The position numbers and the translations under genes were made by a program. 64,000 nt of DNA, taken from the NCBI GenBank assembly GCA_001643675.2, contig LSRY02000040.1:434001-498000 (forward strand). The letters are read 5' to 3'. This stretch comes from Monocercomonoides exilis PA203 (Eukaryota > Protista > Preaxostyla). The notes beneath the pieces are model-generated. The model saw nothing but the letters and a program-made list of their open reading frames with translations. It made no database searches and had not been told where the DNA came from. Positions 14,179-26,597 of the stretch are shown here, in pieces; the stretch's first letter is position 1; every line of letters begins with the position of its first letter.

Positions 14179-14760
14179 TTGTTGTTTCTAATCAAGGAAG
14201 AAGAAGAAGGTGAAGAAGAAGGTGAAGAAGAAGGTGAAGAAGAAGGTGAAGAAGAAGAAGAAGGAGAAGAAGAAGGTGAAGAAGAAGGTGAAGAAGAAGA
14301 AGAAGGAGAAGAAGAAGGAGAAGGAGAAGGAGAAGGAGAAGAAGAAGAAGATGATGATGATGATGATGATGATGATGAAGCTTGTGCTGAATGTTCAGAA
14401 TGCAACACAATAACAGCACTCACAAACCAAATTCTTGCAGCAACAGAATTGAAGAAAGAAAGAAAGAAAGAAAGAAAGAGAAGCTGAAAGAGAAATGGAA
14501 TGAAATGAGTTGGATGGAGCTCTTCTGGAGTAAGTTGAACGACAAATGTGGACAAGACTCATTTGAAGAAAATGAAGAAATGATGAATCGATTCGAATTT
14601 CATAACAGCCAACAGCAGCAACAGACAGCAGTTTTATTGTGTATTGCAACATGAGAATATGATGGCTATTCTAACAACAAATTCTCAAATACGAAGAAGG
14701 CGTTCTTTCCATCAGTCAAATTTAAAAAATCTCGTCAATGAAGAGATTGGAGGAGGAGAA
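14179..14760 (+). pseudogene. Decayed acidic hypothetical gene fragment with (GGT/GGA-GAA-GAA-GAA)n and (GAT)n repeats
   Basis: Glu/Gly/Asp repeat then EACAECSECNTITALTNQILAATELKKE; a frameshift in a (AAAG)n run continues as EKLKEKWNEMSWMELFWSKL. Confidence 0.4.
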
Positions 14761-14769
14761 GAAGAAACC

Positions 14770-15470
14770 ATATAATCCGCAAAAATGCAACTTGAAATGG
14801 ATTGTCACCAGGAATGACGCTCAACATAAAAAATGCTGTTCATTGGAATAGAAATAAAAAGACAAATAATAAAAATAATTGGCTTTAGGTTGATAATAAA
14901 AATTCCTCAAAAGAACACACCTTTCCTTTCTATCGCAAATGCAGAGGATTGTTCAACCACTGATGCTGCCAATCTCCTTTTCCATTGTTTCCCATTGTTC
15001 CTTTCTCCATCATCCTTTTTTCCCACATAAATGTCCTGCTTTTGATATTTCCATCCACTTTTATATCGAATAAAATCTTTTCATTCCAAGTGCTGTACAA
15101 ATGTTTTCATTCTTTTTTTTCCTCTCAACAAAATGCTTTGAAATCAAATTTGTTTTCATCCACTATTCCATTTGAAAACAAATTATATGTAATTCAAATC
15201 TGCTGATTGTGTATCGGAATCCAGCACTCTTCTCATGTTTAGCTCAGAAAAACAAAGGAATGGCCATTTATATAATTAATCAGATTCTTGGACTCTGAAA
15301 AGATGATTTCAAAAAGCATCTTCTCAACAAACAAGAACGATAAAAAAACGCATACATGCGAATATTTCGATTTTTAAAAAATTGTTGAATCTCCTTCAAT
15401 GATGCTTTTCATAAAATTGTCTTGCCCAATTCCATCGCGGATGCCTCGCGTTGCTGTCTCGTGCAACCTC
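14770..15470. repeat. Segmental duplicate (inverted) of 2310-3030
   Basis: ataatccgcaaaaatgcaacttgaaatggattgtc is a near reverse complement of 2994-3029; homology continues to ~15470. Confidence 0.8.
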
Positions 15471-15790
15471 TCAAAATAATATCGCCCATTCTGCAGAAAA
15501 TATTTGCTAACCGTCTCTCATTTTGGCAAGGAATATTTTTATTCTTTCAAATCTGATGATCTGAATATCCATTACTGCAAACACGAAAATAGATTTATCG
15601 TTTTTTCTTTCTTTGTTTGTTTGAAACGACTTGTCAAAAAAACACTAACAACGCAGAATGGTATAACAACTTATGCTTTCATGATTATTTCGAGCTTTTG
15701 TTTTGCACCTATTTCTTCTTTCCAATGGTATTTGATTTCAAATCAAATGACGAATTTTCGTTGTTTTCTGTCTGCAATGTGCTTTCAAAA

Positions 15791-17205
15791 ATGCAGTCAA
15801 CGAGTAGAATCAAAAGGTTTAATGGTTTGTGCTCATTATTGTATTTAAATTCATGAAAATTGATTTCTTTTTTCTTTTTTTTATATCAGAATTGCTTTGT
15901 GAACTTGAACATTGCAGTGAAGATGAACAAAGAAAGAAAATCGGAGAAATGAATGAAATAGTTGATAGGATGAATGAAGAAGAACATAAATCTGTTTTCA
16001 CAACAAGAATGTTCGACAAAATATACAAAATGATTGAAGAAAAGAAAATGACAATGGAAAATGCAATTTTGCTGCTGAAGTGCATTGGATACTGCAAAGA
16101 GTTGAAAAACATGTGGAGTAGTGGTTTTAATGATTCTGAAATAAGAAGAAGATTTGAGAAGATGATTTATGAAGAAGAAAAGAAAAAAGAAGAAAAGAAC
16201 AAAGGGCTTTTGATTGATCTTTGCGAATGCTATCTTTTATTGAACTCCTCGGATTCTCAGGAATTGCTTACAACTTGCGTGCCTTGCCTTCTGAAAGCTG
16301 CATCGGTCAAAGAGGAAAGCGAGGAAGTTCAAACAGAAGTGGAAATGGCTTTGCTAGCTTTGAGCGGAATGGGACATTGTGTATGAACATTGTTATTTCT
16401 TTTTTGATATTATTGCTATTTTCTAATTTTTAATTAGTTTTTAAGGCAAGAACTATATTTGAAGGAAATTACAGAAATCATCAAACATCAGCAGAAACAC
16501 AGAAATCTTACGCATCTGGCCTATCAATCTGCTTGGCAATTTTTAATATACAGATTCTTCAATGATTACAGCTTGGAAGATAGTATTGTGAATGAGCTGC
16601 ATTTAGCGGGAGAAGCAGCAAGAGAACTGGAAGTGCTAACAAGAAACGTGAATTGGAAGAAGAAAGAAGGAGAGGAAATGAACAAAGAAGAAGCGAAAGA
16701 AGAATTTGCTTTAACGAAATGGGTCGAAACAATCGTGATTTATTTTCAAAGTTGTCTATTGAAGAATGAAGAACTTGTTGGCCTTTTCAGCAGCATTTCT
16801 TATGTATATCGAGCAGCGAAGGATAATTACAGCGTTATTAGCTATTGGTGCATTTATTCCTTGAGAAATGCAGCAAATTTGAGATTTGTGAAAGTTTATG
16901 ACTTGTTGAAAAGCGGTGCTATTGATGTTGTTTTGGAAGAGATCCAGAGACAAACATTGAATGAAGGCAGGACAAATGAATGCTTTCAATTCTTAATGAA
17001 TGTTTCAAGGAAATTGAAAGAAAAGACGGATAACAAAATGGAAGAAGTTATAAGAAAGGCAACGAAAAGGAAGGTTTTTGTTAAGATGGAAGAAGAAGGA
17101 TACGAAGATATCATCACCAGCTTTCATAAAACTTTAGAGTTTTTGAAAAGAAATTATGATCATTTCTTTCCGAAAAAAATTTCAGATTATTTTGTGAATG
17201 TTTGA
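15791..17205 (+). CDS. Lineage-specific hypothetical protein, family copy 4 (3 exons)
   Basis: Exon 1 MQSTSRIKRFN|GT (alternative in-frame ATG at 15725), exon 2 ELLCELEHCSEDEQ...LSGMGHC|GTATGA, exon 3 = ORF 16459-17205. Confidence 0.8.
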
Positions 17206-17986
17206 GAAAATGAAACTCACTTTGTTAACAAATATTTTTATTTATTTTTTATTTGATTGATTAATTACCCAACAAAACTTTGACGGTTTTTTGTTAAAAA
17301 ACAAAAATATTTTTTTCTGTATTATCTGCTTCTGACCGTTCAGTTAATCTTTGAAGAAATGAGATTCTTCACATTTTGATATTCAATGTGCTTGTTTTTT
17401 CTTTTTTGAATATTCCATTAATCCGCAAACAACCGTTTGCAGCCTTTTTCAATTGAAAATTTTTGTTGAATTGCGTGATAAATTATCATCTTAGATGAGA
17501 ATGTTTGAGAAAAAGAGAGTCATATTTATTTTTTAACTCAAAAATTGATGCTTTTGTATTTGTATTTGTAACTCCAAATTTATTCATATTTCTTTTTATT
17601 CATTTCTCAAAATGTTTGTTTTTTTTATCATTTAGAAAAAATGAAAATAATCAATTTAGCATTTATCTTAATTTTTTTATTTTTGTCTCGCTTCATTTTG
17701 ATGAAATGAAGTGAAAAAGAGAGAGAGAATTAAAATGCCTTCCATTTTCTTCTTTTTCAAATGGTTTGTTTGTTCATCAAGTTTCATGAGACAATAAATC
17801 GTGAGTCCTTTTTCATCCATCAACTTGAAAAGTCTCTTCTTCGCTCTTTCTTCTCATCCGTCTGTGCAACTGTCTTTTGAAAAATACATCATTTGCTGAT
17901 TTTGAATGAACAAGAGTGAAGATGAAAATAGGAAATGAAGTTGTTGAAAATTTTTTTTTAAATAATTATCATCAACGTCCGAAGAA

Positions 17987-18032
<46 letters not shown>

Positions 18033-18266
18033 CATTTGTCCTATCCAGAGTCACTTCTCAGCAGATATTATCCACAAATAATTTCAAAAATACTTTTGTT
18101 AAAATAATGATGACATTTCGAACAACTCAAAAGCAGAACATGTTTTGATTGAATTTGTCAAATTTTAACTCGTGTCTTTTTTCACAGAAGGCAAAGAATG
18201 AAATCAGAAAATACCGTTTAAAACTTTGTGACAAAATAAGAAAAAGATGAACAGACATTATTTTTG

Positions 18267-20935
18267 GGCAAGTTCCAAGAATATGGACCATCGAAAATAA
18301 TATCTTCACACTTATTGAACATCAAAAAATATTATTATAATTAATTATAAATTAGTTTTATCTGTCGAAAATATTTCGTACAAAACATTGTTTTTCATTG
18401 TTTGATCTATCCCATATTTATATTTTTCTTATTCTGAAAACAAAAACTAACTTGCAAGCGGGATACGCTGCGAAGACGCTTATCAATCTTATTTGAGTGG
18501 TTCCATATATTATTGTCTTTTGCTTACTGTTGATATTATGTATTGTTTTTTGCAAAATAATTGAGAATTTTGATATTTGTATTCTGTTTGCTTTTTTTAT
18601 TGATACATATTGCAAGTACTTTTTTTGTACATGTTATTTGTGAATATTGTCATTCATATGATTCAATATGGGTAACAACAAAAGAGAATTCATAGTTTTG
18701 AACTTCTTTTTTCTTTATTTCATTTCTCGACAAATAATAAATATATTTTGTTCTTTTTAAACTTGACAAATCTCTTCACATGCATTTATCACTTTTTTTA
18801 TTAATTATTATCATTATTTGTATATTGAATGAAGAATTTTACAGGTTGCATTAAAGAATATTTTTTGTTTCATTTTCCGTTTCTCAAATATTTTTCGTAA
18901 TTTCTTCCATTAGTAAGGTCCAATCTTTCATTGATTTTTTTCACCTAAAAATGTTTCAATTGTTTTGGAGCGTGAAAATTGCTTTATAATCAATATGAAA
19001 AACACTTCAATTTTTGAATAACACATTTTCTTCTTCTTCATTAATATCTTTGTTTTTATTCTCTGTTTTCATCTCCACTTTCCTTCACAACTTTCCTGGA
19101 GAAATTTCCTTCAAAAATATCTCGAGTTCATTTGGATTTTTTTCTGATAATGAATTCAACAATTATTACCAATTCATCTATTTTTTTCTATTGCTTTTTT
19201 CATATTGCAACCAATGAATTTGAATCAATTAATTCAGTGAATAATAATAAAGAAAATGTTTATTTCAATATTCTTGAACACCGTATATTCCTTTTTCTTC
19301 CTTTTGCGTGTTTTTCATTTCCATTTTGCTTGATCTCGCTTCTGTTAAAAAAGTAACATGTGACATTGTTATTGTTTAGTAATTCTTACAAACTATATCT
19401 AACACTAAATCTCAATTTCTTCATTTGTTCCAGTCCTTTTTTCAAGAGATGTATTTGCTCATTCTTCCACCATTCATATATTTCTTTGTTGAACTCACAT
19501 GTTGAAATCTCTTCTCAATCTCCTATCCAAAAGATCGCCTTTGGAAACAGAATATTTTGGATCAGCAACTCGCTTTTGGCAATGTTATACAGGCTGTCTT
19601 CCTCATCTTTCATCTTTATTTCCTTTTACTGTTGAAAGGACAAGCATGTTTCTTTTTCAGCTGTCACACCTTGAAAACGGTTCTCTTCTTCCAGCATCAA
19701 AAGTCGAGGATTTTCCTTTGCTGTGAACACTCCATTCAAGGACCTTATTTCCCTTTCCTCCTCTGATATGTTTTCCCTTGAAAAAGATAGTGATCCCTCC
19801 AACAAAGAAATTCATTCTGAAACTTCCTTCCTGTTTGTTGGACGATTTTTCCACATCTTTCATAATTTGAAAAGCTGGAAACCTCATCCTAACTATTCCT
19901 TGTAACTCTTATCCTCTTTCCTTCTTCCTCTATCCGATCAGCGATTCCTAATTTGCTTTTATCCATCTTTTCTGTAGTCCTTTTATATCCTCAAACTCAA
20001 TTAAGCTGTTTGCTGTGCTTTTCCTGTTTGTATTTAGTCTGTAACCCACAATGTGCGATATGTGCTCCTGTCTTTCACCAGCATTCAAACACAGCTGTTG
20101 TTCTCGCAACATGATGTGATAAAAATATATTTTCATTTCAATCTTAATATTTAAACATCCCTCGTTCTTCCATCCCTAATAAAAAAATCCTATTCAGCTT
20201 TCTTTTCATCCCTTCCAACAAATGGCTCCTCCTCAAAGACCATCACATCAAACTCTTCCCTGATTCCTATCCTTTTCCCAATTGCTGTTCGTATCTTCAC
20301 GCACCATTCTTCCTTTTGCTCCACATCTTTCCTGAGATTTCTTCAATGCTTTTCTGGATTTCAGCAATGTGCAACATTGTCTAACATTTAAGATATTGAT
20401 ATTCGAGTATTTGAATATTATATGAAATACAAATAAACATTTAACATCGTTATAGCCGGTATTTTCAATTGTTAAAGTCAACTATTGACTTTGAAATTTG
20501 TTCGAAACAGTAATTCAAAACATATTACAATCACAAAGAATGACATGGATTAAACGAAAAGTACACTGGTATTAAAATAATTTCGCAAAGATATTCAAAA
20601 AAGAAAAAAGATAGAAAACTTAATTTGTAACAAATTTCATCAGATCTTGAAAATTCAAAAACATAAAGTTAGCAGTCAGTGAAAGACAATAATATATGGA
20701 ACCACTCAAATAAGATTGATAAGCGTCTTCGCAGCGTATCCCGCTTGCAAGTTAGTTTTTGTTTTCAGAATAAGAAAAATATAAATATGGGATAGATCAA
20801 ACAATGAAAAACAATGTTTTGTACGAAATATTTTCGACAGATAAAACTAATTTATAATTAATTATAATAATATTTTCTAATGTTCAATGATTGTGAAGAT
20901 ATTATTTTCGATGGTCCATATTCTTGGAACTTGCC
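18267..20935. mobile_element. Non-autonomous Merlin-type TIR element with ~254-bp TIRs and decayed cargo
   Basis: 18267-18520 is the near-perfect reverse complement of 20682-20935 (termini GGCAAGTTCC...GGAACTTGCC). Flanks TATTTTTG / TTTTTTTG resemble an 8-bp TSD with one mismatch. TIR is homologous to the Merlin end at 21646. Confidence 0.85.
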
Positions 20936-21412
20936 TTTTTTTGGTTTTCCTTTCCGATATTTTCTTCTTCTCAGTAACATTTCATCTGCTTGAACGGTGT
21001 AATTATTTCCTCCAATTCTTCTGTTTTTTCCTTTAATCATTTCGTGTGCTGCCTTGCGAAAAAGATTCAAAAGGATGCAAATAGTGTTGCAGCTGGCTCC
21101 AGTCAAAAAAGATGTGCGCATCACATCAACATTAATCCACCATAACAGCATGATTTTCATATAAGTGGAAATCTATAATTTCGAATTCGAAAAAATTGAT
21201 TTGTGTCTGATTGAATGGAATCGACATTTGCACTTGCATTAGACGATATTTTTCGCACAATAAATGATTCTTGGTGTCTTTTTGCATTTTGTGCACATGT
21301 TTGCTGATGGTAATAATCTGAGCAATAACAACAATTCAATTGTTTTCCGTTCGTTTGAAAAGGATTTCATCAGCGTAGAAATATCTTTTTTTGAATCACG
21401 AAAAATTGGCAT
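20936..21412 (-). pseudogene. Merlin/IS1595 (ISXO2-like) DDE transposase, N-terminal half, truncated
   Basis: One frame: MPIFRD...LLPSANMCTKC...*CKCKCRFHSIRHKSIFSNSKL*ISTYMKIMLLWW...RIGGNNYTVQADEMLLRRRKYRKGK. Zn-ribbon plus the IGGxxxxVxxDE...RKYxxG signature; two in-frame stops; cut off by the TIR at 20935. Confidence 0.85.
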
Positions 21413-21499
21413 ATCACTAAAATCAAACGGTTTTTGACAAAATCCTTACAAATAACGAATAAACAAAAATAACAAACCTGTTAAAAACAAGAAAATGTT

Positions 21500-21646
21500 A
21501 TGGGATAGATCAAAAGAAAAATGGAAAGTTGAAAAAACTCTTTTTCGACAAAAATTACTTGTTTTAAATTAATTAATATAACTTCTTCTTTCGTTTAAAA
21601 CATACAAAATATTTTTTGTCGATGGTCCATATACTTGTAACTTGCC
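21500..21646 (-). mobile_element. Terminal inverted repeat of the Merlin element carrying the transposase fragment
   Basis: tcgatggtccatatacttgtaacttgcc end matches the 20908-20935 TIR end; tgggatagatcaaa and ttttcgaca blocks are also shared. Confidence 0.8.
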
Positions 21647-21653
21647 AAACTGA

Positions 21654-22391
21654 AAAGCATTCAACTTTGTCTGCTCTCGTTGCGGTGGAGTTTCAAAGGT
21701 TATGGTTACAAACTTTGCAAGATTGTCACCCACAGCTCACACACCAACTAATTCTTTCTTCAAAACAAACACTGCTCAAGCGATGGCCCCGGTTCTGACA
21801 GTACACCAACCATTCCCACAAACAGGATCTCAAATACAACCTTGGAGTGCACAAATAGCTCAAGGATCTGCTTTCGTTAACATTCAGACGTTGAGCCAAT
21901 CTGCAATTGACATATCTCCTGTTCAACATAACATCATCGTGCCAACTCAACAACCTCAGATCTTTAATCTTCAGCCTTCCTTTCAGTATTTTCAAAGCCT
22001 GCAATCTTCAAACTCAATTGGATTATTGCTGGCGCAACCACAAACTTTCAATTCCCCACAACTATCTTTGCAGACAAATTGTTCCATTCCAACACAACAG
22101 CTTCCCTCTCTCACAGAACAGAGCATTGACATGGACATCGAAGAGTCGCAATCATCGCAGACCGTTGGAGAGGAGAAGGATATCAATAAGGAAAATGAAG
22201 AAGTCAAGGAAGTTGAAGATAAACTGCACAACAAGGAAAATATTTGCATGGATCAGGAAGAGGATTCGAAGCGATTATGTTCCCATGCAACTGTCAAGAA
22301 ATTAAGAAATATTTGCACACGAACAGAGAGAGTAGAAACAAGAGCCTATGCAATATTAATGGAAGAGGAGACACAAAACATGCCCAATTAG
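21654..22391 (+). pseudogene. 5'-truncated ORF with FVCSRC motif and Q/S/P-rich then acidic tail
   Basis: ORF 21702-22391 extends in frame upstream through KAFNFVCSRCGG to a TGA next to the Merlin TIR; its stop is followed directly by an inverted-repeat end. Confidence 0.4.
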
Positions 22392-22394
22392 TGA

Positions 22395-22797
22395 TATCCC
22401 GAATAGAAAGAGGAGTTGTATTTTCATTTGTTCTCGAGAATTAAGAAGCTAAAGCTTTTTAATACGTTCGAGAACTAATTAATATACAACTCCTCTTTTC
22501 CCTCCACAAAGCGAAGCTTTTCCCACCCATGGAACTTACAGTTTATAAAACTTTTTCTTGTATATTGAAAGTCATCGTGTTTTGTCGCTATAAATGAATG
22601 ATATAACTCCTCAGTGCAAACTTGCACAGCCTTTTATTGGACGCAAACTTTTTAATTCTTTTTAACTTTTTCATCACATCAGCAAACACCACAAATTTCA
22701 TGTCACATTGATCGGCTGAGCTTATAAAACGGAGCTCTATCCCAAATAGAAAGAGGAGTTGAATATTAATTAGTTCTCTAACGAAATAAAATTCCTT
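22395..22797. repeat. Three copies of a ~30-45-bp inverted-repeat motif (MITE-like element plus abutting element end)
   Basis: agaggagttgtattttcatttgttctcga (~22409), its reverse complement tcgagaactaattaatatacaactcctct (~22468-22496), and agaggagttgaatattaattagttctc (~22752-22778). Confidence 0.7.
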
Positions 22798-23890
22798 TCA
22801 AAAACGATCGCAAAGTATACGAAAGTTCATTTTCTTCAGATTTTTCCGAGGAAATGTTTGAGATGCAAATGAATGAAGATTTGAGGAGGAGGAGAGCTGG
22901 GAGAATCGGGTTGGAGGAGGAAGAGGAGAAGAAAAAGAAGGCATTTGCGATATGAAAGATGGTGTTGCGGAGTGCAATGTTAAATGCTGTGATGAAATGA
23001 TATGAAATTGAAATTGAGTGTCAATGGAAGATAGCTGTGTTGAAGCGGGCGGAAGCAAAGGAACTGGTGAAATGGAAAAGGAGGAAGAAGAAGAAGATGA
23101 ATAGAATAATTCTTATTCATGAGTTATTTTTCTTCGAGCATTTAAAAAAACAACGTTAAAATTATCACTATTTGTCAAATACACATCGGCAGCAAAGATA
23201 TCCCAAAAAACTTCATTCCATATTATTGTATTTTATTAAAAACAACAATCCCTTTTATTCCTTTCATATTTCTTCTCCAGTTTTTTCAGAAATTTCTCAT
23301 TTGTTTTCAAAACACAATATATATATTGTTATAATGGTAATTAAAAAAAAGCAGCTGAAACAAAAAGTTTTTGTTGAGATAAGTTGGATATATTCATGTG
23401 AAGCAATGTTTGGGAAGAAACAATCATTTCAATTTTTTCGACAAATGAAAAATTTCTCGACCGACAAATTGAACTCAAAAAATGTGTGTCGCAGAGGTAT
23501 AAATTTATATTATAAAATTTATGCTTTATCAAAAAGTTTTTCGATTTTTAGAAATTTTCTATCAGATAAAATTCAATATTTCTGATGAAACTTTTCAAGC
23601 GATTTTATTTGTATATTGCAATTTGGGGAGGATTGTTTTTATACGCAACATTTAGCTTTTTTTAAAAAAAGAAATATGGAGAAAAAAACTGTAAAAGATA
23701 ATTATTGATTTTTGATCAAAAAGGGATATTATTTATTACTACGAATCTGTTTTATTTTTTTGTGAAAAGGTACGACGTTATATAATATTTTGCAGGTTAT
23801 AATTGATGTTCATTTCAAAATGCAAACGTTTATGATAATGAATATATTTGAAAATACAAATTTAACACATATTACAATTATTTGAAAGAT

Positions 23891-25401
23891 ATGGATGGAT
23901 ATTTAACACATCGAAAGTTTACTCTTTTTATTTGAAGAAGTTGAATATGATATATTTTTTTCATTTTTATTAATGTTTAATTTCAAATATATATACTTCA
24001 CAGAAAAAATCGTGGATTATTTTGCAGAAATTGTCTAACAACAGAACTTGATTCGTTGTGCTTTTCAAAGATTCGTTTTATCCATTCTTAATCATTTCTT
24101 TTTTAATTTTTTTTTTTAGGTCTGCGTCACGTAAAGAACATCTCTGCCGACAATGTATTTCGAAACTTCCGCACGTGTTTTGTGAGTATTGCGACTGTGA
24201 CTTTCACCAACTTGAAAAAGATGAGGTAGATTTATTTTTTGATAAAATAACTTTTATTTGGAAGTTCAATTTCCCATTCATTTACAGAAAGAAAAGCTTA
24301 GAATATGCTTGGAATGCAAAGATTTGGTTCTGCAGTTCGGAGAGCCGCATCCTTGCATCATTTGTCAGCTTAAATGTGCATTCGGAGCTGACAAATGCAG
24401 ATTTTGCCAAGAGTTTGTGAGGCAATATGGAGCGCCAATTGCTTGCGCGGAATGCGGAAAATTATCTGCATTTAATAAGCCACCTGAAAAGCTTGCAAAG
24501 GTTTAACAAAACTATTTCAATGTTGAATTTTCAGAAAGGAATACAAATTTCCCGTCTTTTTATTTATTTATTTATTATTTATTATTATTATTATTATTTT
24601 ATTTCATCTGGAATATTTTCTCTTTGTATGCTTCTTGCTGTTGTGATATATTCCGCAATGTGAAGATTGGTGGGAAACCGCTCTGCTTAAGCTGTGCCCG
24701 AAGATTGAAGCTTAAACAGCATCACGAAAAGCGGCAAGTGGCTTCTTCTTCCATTGCCTCTTCTTCTTCTTCTTCTTCGTCTTCAGATACTTCATCACCA
24801 TCATCTTCACCTTCTTCTTCTTCTTCTAATTCTTCACTTTCTTCTACATCTTCTTCAATCCATTCAATGCATTTCAGTACTCCTGCAAAGGATGATTATT
24901 CGAATAAGAAACTTAAGCTCACATCAACAATATCCTCTCCTTCTCCTTTATCATCGTCATCATCTTCTTCTTCCTCCTCCTCCTCCAACACCTCCTCTTC
25001 TCCTTATTCATCCACTTCCTTATCTTCCCCTGCAACAGGAAGCTCATCATCATCATCATCTTCTTCTTCTTCTTCCTCCTCCTCCTCCTCTTCTTCTTCC
25101 TCCTCCTCTTCTTCGACGATATCGCTTCTGAACAAGCGTATCAGCAGGCTCGCCAGCGAGCTGGAGAAGACAAGAGAAGAGAAAACTGAGCTTCAAAGGC
25201 AGAACGATCGCGCGCAGGCTGAACTGAACTCCGCCAAGGCGGAAATGAAGATGATGTCGATGAAGCTGGAGGAAGAGCAGAAGCGCAGGGAAGACGAGGC
25301 GCACCGCCTGAAAATGAAGAGAGAGTCGATTGAAAACCAGCTGAAGGACGAAATCTTGAAGCTGAGAACGGACAGGTGTGAGTTAGTTAGATAGTTAGAG
25401 T

Positions 25402-25461
<60 letters not shown>

Positions 25462-25480
25462 GTGTGTGAGTGTGAGTGTG

Positions 25481-25515
<35 letters not shown>

Positions 25516-25841
25516 GTGTGTATGCAGAAAGATTGGTTTCTCAAAGAAGAATTAATCATGTGGATATTTTATGTCAATGTTTTGTGCATTTATGAATTTT
25601 CATATTTATATTCTTATATACGTATATGCTAATATGTTCATATGCTCATATGCTTATATGTTTTTCTATTTATGTATTTTTTGTTATTAATTTATTTATT
25701 TTATTTATTAATATTTTTCATTCTTTTTAATTTCGATTATTATTTGTTTGATTGATTGGAATCAGGACGATTTTGTTGGAGCAAAACGCGCAGCTGCAGC
25801 AGCAGATATCGCAAGTTCAGACAGTCATTTCTCAAAGCTGA
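23891..25841 (+). CDS. FAM76: FAM76 family multi-CxxC zinc-finger protein with Ser-rich linker and C-terminal coiled coil (6 exons)
   Basis: Spliced product ...LFCRNC...LCRQC...FCEYCDCDFHQ...ICLEC...QFGEPHPCIICQLKCAFGADKCRFC...QYGAPIACAECGKLSAF...KIGGKPLCLSC matches the FAM76A/B pattern; GT-AG junctions keep frame. Confidence 0.85.
25403..25520. repeat. Poly-T (~55 nt) followed by (TG)n/(TGAGTG)n microsatellite in the last FAM76 intron
   Basis: Directly visible. Confidence 0.95.
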
Positions 25842-26597
25842 GCATTCAGATAGAGAGAAAGAAAGAGAAAGGGAAAGGGATAGATGAAGGAAGAGGAAGA
25901 GAAAAAGGCAAAAAAAGAATCAAATAAAAAAAAAAAATAGAATGAAATAAAAGAAAAGAAAAGAAATCTCAGATTTGATATTTGTTTTGTTGATGTCTGA
26001 TTTCTTAAGCTCTGCTTTTGTTTATAATGAATGGAAAATTTATGCTTGCCTCATTTTTGTTATCTTCAACAACCCATCATTTTCTTCTTCTTTTATTTTA
26101 TTTTATTCAATTTTTTATTTTTATTTTTATTTTATTTATTTATTTAATATTATTTCAATATTTTAAAATTTCAACTGTTTGATTGAAAGAATATTTATTA
26201 AGTCATTTGTGTGTAGCGTTGTCTGCAAGCAATCACAAATGGAAACCTTTCTCGTTTCTTGCTTTTTGCCTTTCTATCTTTCTTTTCCTTCTTTTCTTTT
26301 CTTTTTTTCTTTTTGAACCAATAATTTTCTCAAAAAATCTTTTGAAGCAAATCGAATGAAAAAAAAAAAAAAAAAAACATTTTTTAAAAAGAAAAATCCA
26401 AATCATCATGTTAATTACATAATAATAAACTGAAATTTAAGAACTGTTTCATCCTGTTCATTTAACTTTTTTCTTTCTTTCTTCCTTCCTTCCTTCCTTC
26501 GTCTTTCGTCTTTCGTCTTTTACTTCACTTTTCTTTTCTTTTCATCTTTCTTTCTTTCTTTCTTCCACCCCCACCTCCCAACGAAAAAAAAGAACAT

